DNA of 64,000 bases from contig CATNEN010000038.1 of NCBI GenBank assembly GCA_950097015.1, positions 1,550,001 through 1,614,000 of the forward strand. Direction: 5' to 3'. The stretch comes from Macrostomum hystrix. Taxonomy: Eukaryota; Animalia; Platyhelminthes. The translations under genes and the position numbers were made by a program. This document shows positions 1 through 12,700 of the stretch, in pieces. Under the pieces are notes generated by a model. The model made no database searches. It was not told the origin of the DNA and saw only the letters and a list, made by a program, of their open reading frames with translations. Position 1 is the first letter of the stretch; each line of letters begins with the position of its first letter.

Positions 1-3000
1 AAACCGGCTGCCGTTCGGGCAATACAGCCTACTGAAGGGCACTGAGAGCCTGCGACTGAAGGACGGCGACTTCGTGTTCAACTGTGTCAGCATCACGGAT
101 GCCGACGAGCTGATGAGATCGCCACCGACTGTCAATATCTCGATTCTAAGATCGACGCTTTCTTCTATACTGTTTGTGAACGCCTTTCTTCTGAAGCCTC
201 CGACCGGTGAGTTTGCAGGGAATCGAGACAACATTGCGATTCAGACTTTGTAATTTCCATTGGAACATATCACCATCCGTAGAGCGTGGCGCCCACCCGG
301 AGGCCACAGCCTGGGAGACAGTTCGCCATTATCAGCGCGTCCCGACTGGCACCAAGAAGGCCAACAGTAGAGCTGGCAGCTTCTTAGGCCTTGTCGACTG
401 TAACGAAAAACGCCTGCCGATTGACGGAGGACGCGTCACTCTGCAAGAGAAGACACCGTTTTTTAAAAAGCGGTTTTTAGTCCAACTGCCTCCAGGTGCC
501 TCCCTTCTGCTGCGACCCTCTCGACTGAATCTGCTTGGCAATGCCTTCAATGTGCAGATTGAGCCCTACAGCGGTCAGTCCGAGACGTTTCACGAGCTGG
601 CAGAGTCAGGAAATTTGAGCTGCTCGGATGCTCTTTGGGGCTACGGGGGCATTGTGTGCCGGTCCAGTTTTCAACATTACTGTCTGCCGGGCGATGAAGA
701 GGCGTGTAGGTTCGACCGTGTGCTAGTCAATGTCGACCTGGGGAGCAAGCGAAAAGACAGCAGCGCTCTGGCCTGGCACACTTACTCGGAAACAGGTGAG
801 TGAAGATGAAGATTAGCACTTTCATATAATGGACAGATAAATTACTGAAGATTAACAGGGATAGGCAATATTTCGCCGGCGTGCCTGATGCGGCTGTCGC
901 AGTTCCCACATCCAGCCTCCTGACCTCTTCTAGCACCTGTTAGCCCTTCGGCTGAACATACGATCATCGAAGATGTAGGAGATTTGGTGATTATATTAGG
1001 AGATACAATCGTCACCTAGCACTCGCATTCGAGTATATTTCCTCAGAGCCGTTTTGCCCCTTCTCTCTAGGTCTCTCACTCGCTGAGCAAGCCTGCAGGT
1101 GTTTTGGCCCATGGATAAAGCAATATTAATGTGTGCATAGTACATGAACCATCTCACAATACGTAATTTACATATCATTTCTCCCCGTATCATCTCTTCC
1201 CTGTCTTATTTCCCTATATTTTAATTCGTATCTATCCCTATCTTAACTGTCCCCTGTCTCATCTCCCCTGTCTCATCTCCCCTGTCTCATCTCCCCTGTC
1301 TCATCTCCCCTGTCTCATCTCCCCTGTCTCATCTCCCCTGTCTCATCTCCCCTGTCTCATCTCCCCTGTCTCATCTCCCCTGTCTCATCTCCCCTGTCTC
1401 ATCTCTCCCGTGTCTCAACTCTCCCGTGTCTCAACTCTCCCGTGTCTCAACTCTCCCCTGTCTCATCTCCCCTGTCTCATCTCCCCTGTCTCATCTCCCC
1501 TGTCTCATCTCCCCTGTCTCATCTCCCCTGTCTCATCTCCCCTGTCTCATCTCCCCTGTCTCATCTCCCCTGTCTCATCTCCCCTGTCTCATCTCCCCTG
1601 TCTCATCTCCCCTGTCTCATCTCCCCTGTCTCATCTCCCCTGTCTCATCTCCCCTGTCTCATCTCCCCTGTCTCATCTCCCCTGTCTCATCTCCCCTGTC
1701 TCATCTCCCCTGTCTCATCTCCCCTGTCTCATCTCCCCTGTCTCACCTCCACCTGTTTCATCTCTTCGCAGCCATAGCAGTCCTCTGACGTCTGTGGCTC
1801 GCGAGATTAATTTGCGACCCCTGCAATTGTACTAGTAGAGGTCATTTCATAATCATTATTATAGCTTTCATACTAGGCCAAAATTTTAATTTAGCGAAAC
1901 AGCAAGCAACAAGAAGCTTAATATTTGTCTGTTGAATTCTAACTATTTCTTGCAGAGAAGAAGCTAGTTTTGCCAATAACAGTCTTTGTGCAGGCAGTTT
2001 TTGCGAAGACAAAAGATCAATACGAAGTTGTGCAGCCTATGATTGGTCAGGTTGATACGGTTTTGCAGGTGCTGGAATCAATTAAAAATCTGACAAAATA
2101 TGAAATGACTGGATGGAATCCTATCTTGAGACGCGAGAAAATGAGGGCAAAGGTAAGCTTGCTTTACTCTCCCATCAGTAGCGGTTTTGTTTCAGTATTT
2201 CCAAAAATGTTTCATATGAGGCCTTTGTGGTATATCTAGATATAACAGAGGGTTTCAAGGTCAGAAGTTCGATTGTTTTTCAGTTCACCCAGCTGTTAAA
2301 TTGGAACTAGCATCAGCTGGGGTGGGTGCGGCGTTCCCCCAGTCCATGGACTGAACAGCTGTACACAAACTGCGGATGCACCCACGCAGCAATAGCTTGG
2401 GGCAGTGGTAATAAATTAGTATCGTTTATATCTGGAATAAGATGAGAATCTGATGGTTGTACGAGTAAGTTCTAGAAAATCAATGGGTTTTATTGATTCA
2501 GTCATCAAATCCTTAGCTAGCTCGTTTCGCCACATCCTATTCGTTAAGTTCAACTTACCGCGCGCTTAAATAAGTAAATGTAAACTTAACTCAAGTAAAC
2601 TCAAACAAACCTGCTACTGCAGATGACTGCTTTCGATAACTGCAACGCAACATTCTATAGCAGCCATTTCGGGGGAACTACTGAGCGGCTCATTAGAATG
2701 ACGGCCAACAAGTGCTTTCGAAGGCTTCTTGAGCTCACAACTCATGTGTACTTGAACTGCTACCTGCCATATAATCCAGTGTCCATTGAGATTGCTACGA
2801 TAAACACCTCAGTCTATGCCCCTGTTTACGATCCATCACTGGTAACTTACCTGTGCGTCATATTCGAGGCTGTGATTGACGAAAGACCGCGTGCTATCAA
2901 CAAGTGGGAGGTAGCGCGCACGCTGCGGTGGCTGCGTTCGCGCCTCATGATGTCCATCTCCACAATTGACCTACCGACAGCGGAGAATCAGGGCTTCGGG

Positions 3001-3354
3001 GACAGGCCCGATTACCACGAGCTGAACACGGATCCGTCAGGAAAGCGAAAAATTGTCGGCTTTGAGCAGAAGTACATCGGACACAGTCCAGTGCACAGTC
3101 CTAATCCGCACTTTAAGCCGCTTTTTAGTTCTGACACCCCAGACAGAATTTTGCGACGCAACCGCTACCTGGCCATCTATGTGTACGCGAGACCCAACAG
3201 CCAGCGGAGGCAAGGGAGACCCGGCCCTCTATCGCTGATCGCTTTTCGAGTTGACGGCTTCGATGGGAAAGGTCGAATGGAATGTCGTGATTTCTTCGGA
3301 ATAGAGAAGCCCACTGCCAGCCCGGGCATTGTGGATCGTGTGATTCCTTTTTGA
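1..3354 (+). CDS. NDNF/Nord-like secreted protein, paralog A (5'-partial; exons 2-206, 283-795, 1956-2152, 2623-3354)
   Basis: GT-AG introns at 207-282, 796-1955 and 2153-2622 (phases 1,1,0) join into one frame. It is collinear with paralog B: [20 protein letters not shown] / [20 protein letters not shown]; [10 protein letters not shown] in both; LPTAENQGF / LPTEKNQGF; YLAIYVYARP / [10 protein letters not shown]. The family call is carried over from paralog B. Confidence 0.75.
1249..1745 (+). repeat. 14-bp minisatellite (TCTCATCTCCCCTG)n, ~35 copies, in an intron of gene A
   Basis: Direct reading; a few 16-bp variant units near 1405-1455. Confidence 0.97.
2220..2410 (+). mobile_element. tRNA-derived SINE family 1, degenerate copy
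   Basis: Shares CAGTTCACCCAGCTGTT...CCCCAGTCCATGGACTGAACAGC with the fuller copy at 60255-60500. Confidence 0.7.
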
Positions 3355-3699
3355 GGCTGGAATCACAATAAGGATTCATAAGGATTCACTGGAATCACAA
3401 TCCTCCTTTCTATTCTAGGACTTTGGATAGAAATATGGAAAATCATCAGGATAAACTTAAGAACCAGCCTAAATGAGAGACCAGATTGAAATCTTGATAG
3501 ATATAAAATGGCAAAGAGATAACCAAATATAACCAATATAACCAAATGAAATATAACCAAATGAAATATAACCAAATGATTTACCGAATGATTTAAACTA
3601 ACGATTTAACGGATGATTTAACCAAACGATTGTTAAATCGGGTGTTAGCTATTATTTTATATATTCACAAGCATCGCTTGTGAACGTGCCATACTGAAG

Positions 3700-4065
3700 C
3701 TACGTGGCTCCAGTTTGCCTCTCGCACCACGAACCCTAAGTTCGATTCCACGGCGAGGCCACATTTATTTGGGGCGCAGCCGCGGAGAGAAGGCTTGGGG
3801 GCTTGTCGTGCAATTTACGCCCTTAAGGGCCAACCTCCAAGGCACAGTGAGAGTGTACACTGCCTGACGATGAGAAAGTAAGGGCAGATGTACACCACCT
3901 GTGTGAGCGTATGCCTGCGTACGGTATCTGTGTGCGTGTGTGCTCAAGAGTCAGCGAAATAGGCGGAATTGCCTCCTCGCTGGCTGCGGGTCGAGTGTCA
4001 CCAAATGATGTGCCATTGCCTGCAGCCCTCCTGCAATTATTATAATATTATTATTATATATTATT
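3700..4065 (+). mobile_element. tRNA-derived SINE family 2 with (ATT)n-like tail
   Basis: B-box-like GTTCGATTCC at ~3740. The body (AAGGCTTGG...GTCGTGCAAT...CAGTGAGA.TGTACACTGC.TGACGATGA) recurs at 13745-13845. ATT-rich tail at ~4037-4065. Confidence 0.6.
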
Positions 4066-4469
4066 ACCACATACGCTCGAACATACACACTAACACAAGG
4101 ATGCGCACAAGCAGCCAGGTGCTATCGAGGCCTATAGGAGCTCACCATTGCTATCGCGCACCTTCAGTGCAGAGACCAATTAAGTGCATTACTTGTTTGG
4201 CCGCTAAAAGCTTTATTTGAGCAGAAGTACCACTAATATAGTCGAGAAGGTGATTCGAACCCACGTTTCTTGCACACTTTTAACTTTTATCTCTGCGCGA
4301 GGAGACAGTAAAAAATGTTGTGCTTGTTGTTGGTTTTGTTTTAAAGTTGAGGGATTCAATGAACCAGAATGTGCTAAAATATTTTTATACAGATTAAATG
4401 CGAATTCAATAGGAAATTCTTAAGCTCTTGTGCAAGCAGCAGCAACAACATAGTACGCTGTCATGGAGT

Positions 4470-5175
4470 CTAGTGCAGCGTCACAGGGCGCGGATGATGT
4501 GGCCTGCGAGCTGGAGTCGCCGATGGCGCAGAAGTTCGCTTGGCCGGGCGAGGGAACTCGCTGATCGCCGATCTTGAAGGCGGCGCGCAGCAGACCAGCG
4601 AGCCACGCTTGAGCGAGTCCGTCAGCGTCCAGGTCACGGCGTTGTACAATAGGATGGTCCCGATCACCGCCCGAAATAACGCCACCCTCTGACGGTCAGG
4701 TAGGGCCTCGGACGGCAGAACGGTCCTCACGGAGCAGAAGGCCGTCATGCAAGCCAGCGGCGACGCCGCAAATCGTCACGAGCGTCGGGTACCAGACCGC
4801 CGAGGTAGACGAACTGCTGGCATCTTGGGAGCTCAGTTGCCTGCCCGTCAGCGCCTCGGCGGTAAATTGCAGCCTCAATGTCGCCCGGCACGCAGAGCAC
4901 TACAGTCTTCTACTTGTTGATCACCAGGCCGACGCTCGCCGCAGCGCCAACCAGACTGTCCAGCTGGCGCTGAGCGCCCTCGACGGTCGAGGACAGCAGG
5001 GCGAGATCGTCGGCTAGCCAAGCACGCTGAGCCGTTTCTCTGTTTGACGTCGACCCACGCGTCGCCGCAGCAGAAGGCCATCGTCGTCAGTCGGAAAAGC
5101 AGTTCGCAGCATCCAGTCAAGCACCAGGATGAACAGGAACGGCGCCAGCGTATCCCCCTGGAGCACCCCGGAGGA
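4470..5175 (-). mobile_element. Degenerate, 5'-truncated non-LTR retrotransposon (RTE-like RT fragment)
   Basis: The minus strand encodes SGVLQGDTLAPFLFILVLDWM, a frameshifted YADD-like motif, an FVYLG motif and LFRAVIGTILLYNAVTWTL; multiple frameshifts. Confidence 0.8.
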
Positions 5176-5504
5176 TGTCTGCAAATATAATAAGTCAAAT
5201 ACTACCGCACGCTCAGAGCTCAGGAATATAATTGTGCAAATATCTGTTCTTCAACTCATAGAATGATCAAAACTATCGAACATATAAATTTTTATAATAA
5301 GAAATTCACTACTGCGAGTAGCTATAGCATTACATTTTTAAAACCTTTTTAACATTTAACAACTAATAGAAAACACCAAATTATGTGTACATCTTCTGAA
5401 TAGCTTCTAAACAAAGCATGGGTGCTTATGGAAATGATTAAAATGTGAATGATCTCTGTGACTTCAAAGGAAACAAACAAAAAATATTCACATACAATCG
5501 CTTC

Positions 5505-7118
5505 GATTCTCTCTGCCACAATTCTCCATTTTGCGATTCTCCTTGCTGCGATTCTCCTTGCTGCGATTCTCCTTGCTGCGATTCTCCTTGCTACGATTCT
5601 CCTTGCTACGATCCTCCTTGCTACGATTCTCTCTGCCACAATTCTCCATTTTGCGATTCTCCTTGCTGCGATTCTCCTTGCTGCGATTCTCCTTGCTGCG
5701 ATTCTCCTTGCTACGATTCTCCTTGCTACGATCCTCCTTGCTACGATTCTCTCTGCCACAATTCTCCATTTTGCGATTCTCCTTGCTACGATTCTCCTTG
5801 CTACGATCCTCCTTGCTACGATTCTCCTTGCTACGATTCTCTCTGCCACAATTCTCCATTTTGCGTTTCTCCTTGCTACGATTCTCCTTGCTACGATTCT
5901 CCCTGCTACGATTCTCCTTGCTGCGATTCTCCTTGCTGCGATTCTCCTTGCTGCGATTTTCCTTGCTACGATTCTCCGTGCTACGATTCTCCTTGCTACG
6001 ATTCTCCTTGCTACGATTCTCCTTGCTACGATTCTCCTTGCTGCGATTCTCCTTGCTACGATTCTCCTTGCTACGATTCTCCTTGCTACGATTCTTCTTG
6101 CTACGATTCTCCTTGCTGCGATTCTCCTTGCTGCGATTCTCCTTGCTGCGATTCTCCTTGCTACGATTCTCCTTGCTACGATTCTCCTTGCTACGATTCT
6201 CCTTGCTACGATTCTGCTTGCTGCGATTCTCCTTGCTTTGATTCTCCTTGCTACGATTCTCTCTGCCACAAATTTCCATTTTGCGTTTCTCTTTGCTACG
6301 ATTCTCCTTGCTGCAATTCTCCTTGCTGCGATTCTCCTTGCTGCGATTTTCCTTGCTACGATTCTCCGTGCTACGATTCTCCTTGCTACGATTCTCCTTG
6401 CTGCGATTCTCCTTGCTGCGATTCTCCTTGCTGCGATTCTCCTTGCTGCGATTCTCCTTGCGACGATTCTCCAAGCAACGATTCTCCTTGCTGCAATTCT
6501 CCTTGCTACGATTCTCCTTGCTGCGATTCTCCTTGCTGCGATTCTCCTTGCTGCGATTCTCCTTGCGACGATTCTCCTTGCTGCGATTCTCCTTGCTGCG
6601 ATTCTCCTTGCTACGATTCTCCTTGCTACGATTCTCCTTGCTACGATTCTCCTTGCTACGATTCTCCTTGCTGCGATTCTCCTTGCGATGATTCTCCTTG
6701 CTGCGATTCTCCTTGCTGCGATTCTCCTTGCTGCGATTCTCCTTGCTACGATTCTCCTTGCTACGATTCTCCTTGCTACGATTCTCCTTGCTACGATTCT
6801 CCTTGCTACGATTCTCCTTGCTGCGATTCTCCTTGCTGCGATTCTCCTTGCGACGATTCTCCTTGCTGCGATTCTCCTTGCTGCGATTCTCCTTGCGACG
6901 ATTCTCCTTGCTGCGATTCTCCTTGCTACGATTCTCCTTGCTACGATTCTTCTTGCTACGATTCTCCTTGCTGCGATTCTCCTTGCTACGATTCTCCTTG
7001 CGACGATTCTCCTTGCTGCGATTCTCCTTGCTGCGATTCTCCTTGCTGCGATTCTCCTTGCTGCGATTCTCCTTGCTACGATTCTCCTTGCTACGATTCT
7101 CATTGCTACGATTCTCCT
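5505..7118 (+). repeat. 15-bp minisatellite ATTCTCCTTGCT(A/G)CG, ~107 copies, intergenic
   Basis: Direct reading. The stop-free unit produces spurious long ORFs on both strands. Confidence 0.97.
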
Positions 7119-7699
7119 GCAGCAAAATTGGCTGCCAAACGTTTGAGTGAAGTAGCCAAGGCATGGATTGTTTATCAAACCTATTCTCGCAGGGCTCATG
7201 TGGCAAGTGCTGCTATCTGGAGAAGGCGGAAGTCTCGTAAACTTGGCTGCCCCAAGACGTACTATAATTAGCCAGCAATGCAAGCTCAAGACAGACGAGT
7301 TGCATTCAGCAGCAACTCACCAAGGATTAGGTATTTCAGTGAGTGCCTGCACATTGTGGGTCGAGCTTATCGCCATTTCTCCCAGTAGTTCCCAGTCGGC
7401 AAGATCTGTTAATTTATGTGCTTGACTACAACGGAATCGTCCAATTGCCGCCGCAGTCGCTGAAGATTATTTCCCCACTGCAACGATTGATTGATCTTTG
7501 TGTTTTTGCTTTTCCCCAGCGACTCTGAGTGTTCCATGTTAGCCAGCCCAATAACTGTGGAATAAATTGCGTTCAACAGCGCAAGCAAGCATTGCGTTTA
7601 CTGCCTTTGAAGTCAGACGACATTTCAGAAATTCGAACAGAAACAATTTGAGAACCAAATCACTATTCGAACCTGAAACATTGGCGGAAGCGAAATTAG

Positions 7700-7790
7700 T
7701 TCAGTCCATGGACTGGGGGACGCCACACCCGCCCTCAATTACCCCAGCTGATGCTGGTACCCATTTTAAGAGCTTGGTTGAACTGAAGCA
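7700..7790 (-). mobile_element. SINE family 1 fragment
   Basis: TTCAGTCCATGGACTGGGGGACGCCAC...CCCCAGCTG...TGAACTGAAGCAA is the reverse complement of the family-1 body. Confidence 0.7.
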
Positions 7791-8346
7791 ATTCAATCCA
7801 TCCATTTAGTTGCTATTGGGAAATCAGTTAAGTCTAACAAACTAGGAAAGCAGATGTAAAATATCCAAGAATTAACATATTGACTGATTTCGATTAAATA
7901 CCGCACATCCGGGTATCTGAGCCAATAATTGAGCTGCTAGGCCGATGCAGCTGCAGCTCTGCCTCCAATTGGCTGGCAGAAAGGCCATCGTGACTGCAGG
8001 AATTAAGCAAATCAGAAAACTGGACGAAAACTTGATAGCATCAGCTGCTGGCACTCTGGCTTGCGAGTATTAAACTTGCTCACAACACTGAGATCGAGCA
8101 GCGATCATCAAACTAGGGTACTATACGCCAAGCCAATATTCAATTTAGCTGCGTTCCTTCGTTACTTGGTCTGGTTGTGAGTTCTGAGGCAAGTTTCATG
8201 TGCGCGGCTCTCCGAGGGTACAACGAGGGTCGCGCCGGCTTGTCTGGCTACAGCTGGAGCTTGTAGCGAATGCAGATTGCTGAAATACAGGCTTGGTCCA
8301 TTTAACTTGCTATTCTCAACAGATCCCCTCCCTGGACTTTCAGAAC

Positions 8347-9624
8347 ATGACCACCGCGACTGTCTATGGTACAGGCCAGTCTGGGCTGGTGTACTCTCTG
8401 TTGCTGATTCTGACGGTCGGCAGTGCCGCGGAAAAGCCGCGGGTCTCCCTGGAAATTGCAGAGCGAGTGCTGCAGGAGACAGGACGAATCGACCTGGCCG
8501 ATGCTATGCACCGCAGGCTGCTGTACAACCTGCCCGCTTCCGGGTGAATTTCTGGAAATCTCCTTTTATTTATCCACCTGCCTCATCACAGCAATTGACC
8601 ATTATCCACCTGCTTCATCACAGTAATTGACCATTATCCACCTGCTTCATGACAGTAATTGACCATTATCCACCTGCTTCACCACAGTAATTGACCATTA
8701 TCCACCTGCTTCATCAGAGTAATTGACCATTATCCACCTGCTTCATCAGAGTAATTGACCATTATCCACCTGCTTCATGACAGTAATTGACCATTATCCA
8801 CCTGCTTCATCTGAGTAATTGACCATTATCCACCTGCTTCATCTGAGTAATTGACCATTATCCACCTGCTTCATCTGAGTAATTGACCATTATCCACCTG
8901 CTTCATGACAGTAATTGACCATTATCCACCTGCTTCATCACAGTAATTGACCATTATCCACCTGCTTCATCAGAGTAATTGACCATTATCCACCTGCTTC
9001 ACCACAGTAATTGACCATTATCCACCTGCTTCATCACAGTAATTGACCATTATCCACCTGTCCCAAAGATCTTAGCAGTCCTGAATCGATGGGTCTCACG
9101 CACGAATTGGAATATAATTCTTAAGTAACAGTAGAGCTGTTACTTAAGGCAAACAAAAGACTTGCGCCTCAGAATAGTTAAAAAACTATACAGTCGGTGG
9201 ATGCCCGTGTACTAACTGATACATTCCGTATTACCAGCGTGTTCCGTCTCCCAAGATTTGACCCAGAATTGAACTAGAAAATGTCAGAACCTGAATTCGC
9301 ACATGTTTACACAAGAAGCTTGCAGGTGTGAGCGGGTTATCGAATTCAAACCAATTTCTTATTTGGCCAGCTAGCACTGTTGCGGGAGGGGCGGCCCTGG
9401 AGCCACTTGACCTTCGAGCTACCAGGGTTGGAGACGATGGGAGATTCAACCGAGCTAGGGTATGACGAATTCCTCTCCTCCATAAATGTAGCCAAAAAAT
9501 GAGCCAGACCTGCGCATTGTCATTTATAAAGGTCTCCGGTCCATGAAATTCGATATGCACCAACAGATAGATAGATAGACAGATAGATAGATAGATAGAT
9601 AGACAGATAGATAGATAGATAGAC

Positions 9625-9655
<31 letters not shown>

Positions 9656-9656
9656 C

Positions 9657-9711
<55 letters not shown>

Positions 9712-12700
9712 CAGATAGATAGATAGATAGACAGATAGACAGATAGACAGATAGACAGATAGATAGACAGATAGACAGATAGACAGATAGATAGACAGAT
9801 AGATAGTTAGAGCCGCAGGCTAGCAGACAGTGCACCCATGATACAGAAAGCTACATTGTATTTGCTATTTGCAGCACTGAGGGCGGCCATACAGCAGACA
9901 CCTTGCCCTAAAACTCGAAAGCCTCCAATGTGAAGTATTTCATTAACAGACCGGCTCCCTGTCAGTAAAATGGTTACTATAAAGCTGTGCACTGTACTCT
10001 AGCGTCTAGCGAACGAGCCGCGACCACAAAAAGTTCGATTGGTGGACAGTTCTGATCACGCAGTCAAAGCGTGGTCTCTGTTGGACTTTTTCGGCAATTT
10101 CGCAACACTGAAAAATTTTATTCCAGAGCTTCGTCTGTTAGATCTGCAACAGCATTTCTCTCCGGCACTAACACGGGCTTGCTCGATAAACTGCACACAC
10201 TCACACTTCACACTCACAGACAGAAGTCCTGTGCTTCAACAATTTGCTATCATTTTGCATCTTTTACTCAGATTTAGATCTAAAAACCCGTTTGATAATT
10301 GAATTAAAGTTGTTTGACGCTAGATAACATTATTGCAGTTGCATTGTAGTTCTATTGTATTTCCATTGTAGTTCCATTGTGGTTCCATTGTGGTTTCATT
10401 GTGGTTCCATTGTGGTTCCAGTGTGGTTCCATTTTGGTTCTATTGCAGTTCCATTGCAGTTCCATTGTATTTCCATTGTAGTTCCATTGTATTTCCATTG
10501 TATTTCCATTGTAGTTCCATTGTAGTTCCATTGTAGTTCCATTGTAGTTCCATTGTAGTTCCATTGTATTTCCATTGTATTTCCATTGTAGTTCCATTGT
10601 ATTTCCATTGTAGTTCCATTATAGCTCCATTGTATTTCCATCGTAGTTCCATTGTGGTTCCAGTGTGGTTCCATTTTGGTTCCATTGTGGTTCCATTGTA
10701 GTTGCATTGTGGTTCGGTTGTGGTTCCAATTTAGTTCCATTGTGGTTCCATTGTGGTTCCATTGTGGTTCCAATTTAGTTCCATTGTGGTTCCAATTTAG
10801 TTCCATTGTGGTTCCAATTTAGTTCCATTGTGGTTCCAATTTAGTTCCATTGTGGTTCCAATTTAGTTCCATTGTGGTTCCAATTTAGTTCCATTGTGGT
10901 TCCATTGTGGTTCCATTGTGGTTCCATTGTGGTTCCATTGTGGTTCCATTGTGGTTCCATTGTGGTTCCATTGTGGTTCCATTGTGGTTCCATTGTGGTT
11001 CCAATGTAGTTCCATTATTCATTGCACCAGAGCAGTGCACCCGAACATAAAGGCACCTATTAGGATGAGAGGCGGGCAAACCTGGCAGGCAAAAATTCAC
11101 TGACCCAAAAGGCAAAGCTGTGGCTGCACTGACAAGCTCTGGACCGCCTCATCTGAGGGTACTCTTGTTCCTCCCTTCGCTTCAGTCTTTACTGCCGCAT
11201 TAATTTCAACTGACCAGCACCAAATTAGGAGGCATTAGTCAGTCCGCCCACGCACACTGGCTCGAGACCTCCAAACATCATCAAAATGCAGGGCTGCTTA
11301 GGACACACCCAAACAACCCTAGCGGTTGTAGGCAGATCTGCTAGGAGGCTTTGGGTTCGGCAACTGTTTGCTGTGTGGGCGCGGAGTCCCCAGACTGTAG
11401 ATAAAAGCAATGGGCGCAACTCGCTTGTCCACAGATAAGAATTCTTGATGCATGCCCAGCAACTGAGCACTTCCCTCACTATAAGCTAATTGGTTCAAGA
11501 TCTGGTTTGCCAACTGCTTGCAGTGGCGGCCTTAAAATGGCGAAGTCAGTAGACAGTAGTATAGCACTGTTAGACACTAGATTTATAAATTTTAGACACT
11601 GGGATAGAACTGTTAGACACTAGGATAGAATTATTAGACACTAGGATAAAACTGTTAGACTCTAGGATAGAACTGTTAGACACTAGGATAGAACTGTTAG
11701 ACTCTAGGATAGAACTGTTAGACTCTAGGATAGAACTGTTAGACTCTAGGATAGAACTGTTAGACACTAGGATAAAACTGTTAGACACTAGGATAAAACT
11801 GTTAGACTCTAGGATAAAACTGTTAGACTCTAGGATAGAACTGTTAGACTCTAGGATAAAACTGTTAGACTCTAGGATAGAAGTGTTAGACACTAGGATA
11901 GAACTGTTAGACTCTAGGATAAAACTGTTAGACACTAGGATAAAACTGTTAGACTCTAGGATAAAACTGTTAGACTCTAGGATAGAACTGTTAGACACTA
12001 GGATAAAACTGTTAGACTCTAGGATAGAAGTGTTAGACACTAGGATAGAACTGTTAGACTCTAGGATAAAACTGTTAGACACTAGGATAGAACTGTTAGA
12101 CTCTAGGATAAAACTGTTAGACACTAGGATAGAACTGTTAGACACTAGGAGAGAATTATTAAACACTAGGATAAAACCGTTAGACTCTAGGATAGAACTG
12201 TTAGACTCTAGGATAGAACTGTTAGACTCTAGGATAAAACTGTTAGACTCTAGGATAAAACTGTTAGACTCTAGGATAGAACTGTTAGACTCTAGGATAA
12301 AACTGTTAGACTCTAGGATATAACTGTTAGACTCTAGGATAAAACTGTTAGACTCTAGGATAGAACTGTTAGACTCTAGGATAAAACTGTTAGACTCTAG
12401 GATAGAAGTGTTAGACACTAGGATAGAACTGTTAGACTCTAGGATAAAACTGTTAGACTCTAGGATAGAACTGTTAGACTCTAGGATAAAACTGTTAGAC
12501 ACTAGGATAGAACTGTTAGACTCTAGGATAAAACTGTTAGACTCTAGGATAAAACTGTTAGACTCTAGGATAGAACTGTTGGACACTAAAATAAAACTGT
12601 TCAATAAATTATCGAATGATCAGGTCAAAATTCCACAATTGAAACAAAACTCCAGGTCGGACAGGTTAACAATTGAGCACATAGGGGGTCAGATGCCGCC

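Noticed and set aside
5349-7289. Long ORFs (DSPCC Cys-rich, RRIAA, ENRSK repeats)
   Set aside because: They arise from a stop-free 15-bp tandem repeat that is open in nearly all frames on both strands; no unique coding flanks or splice support.
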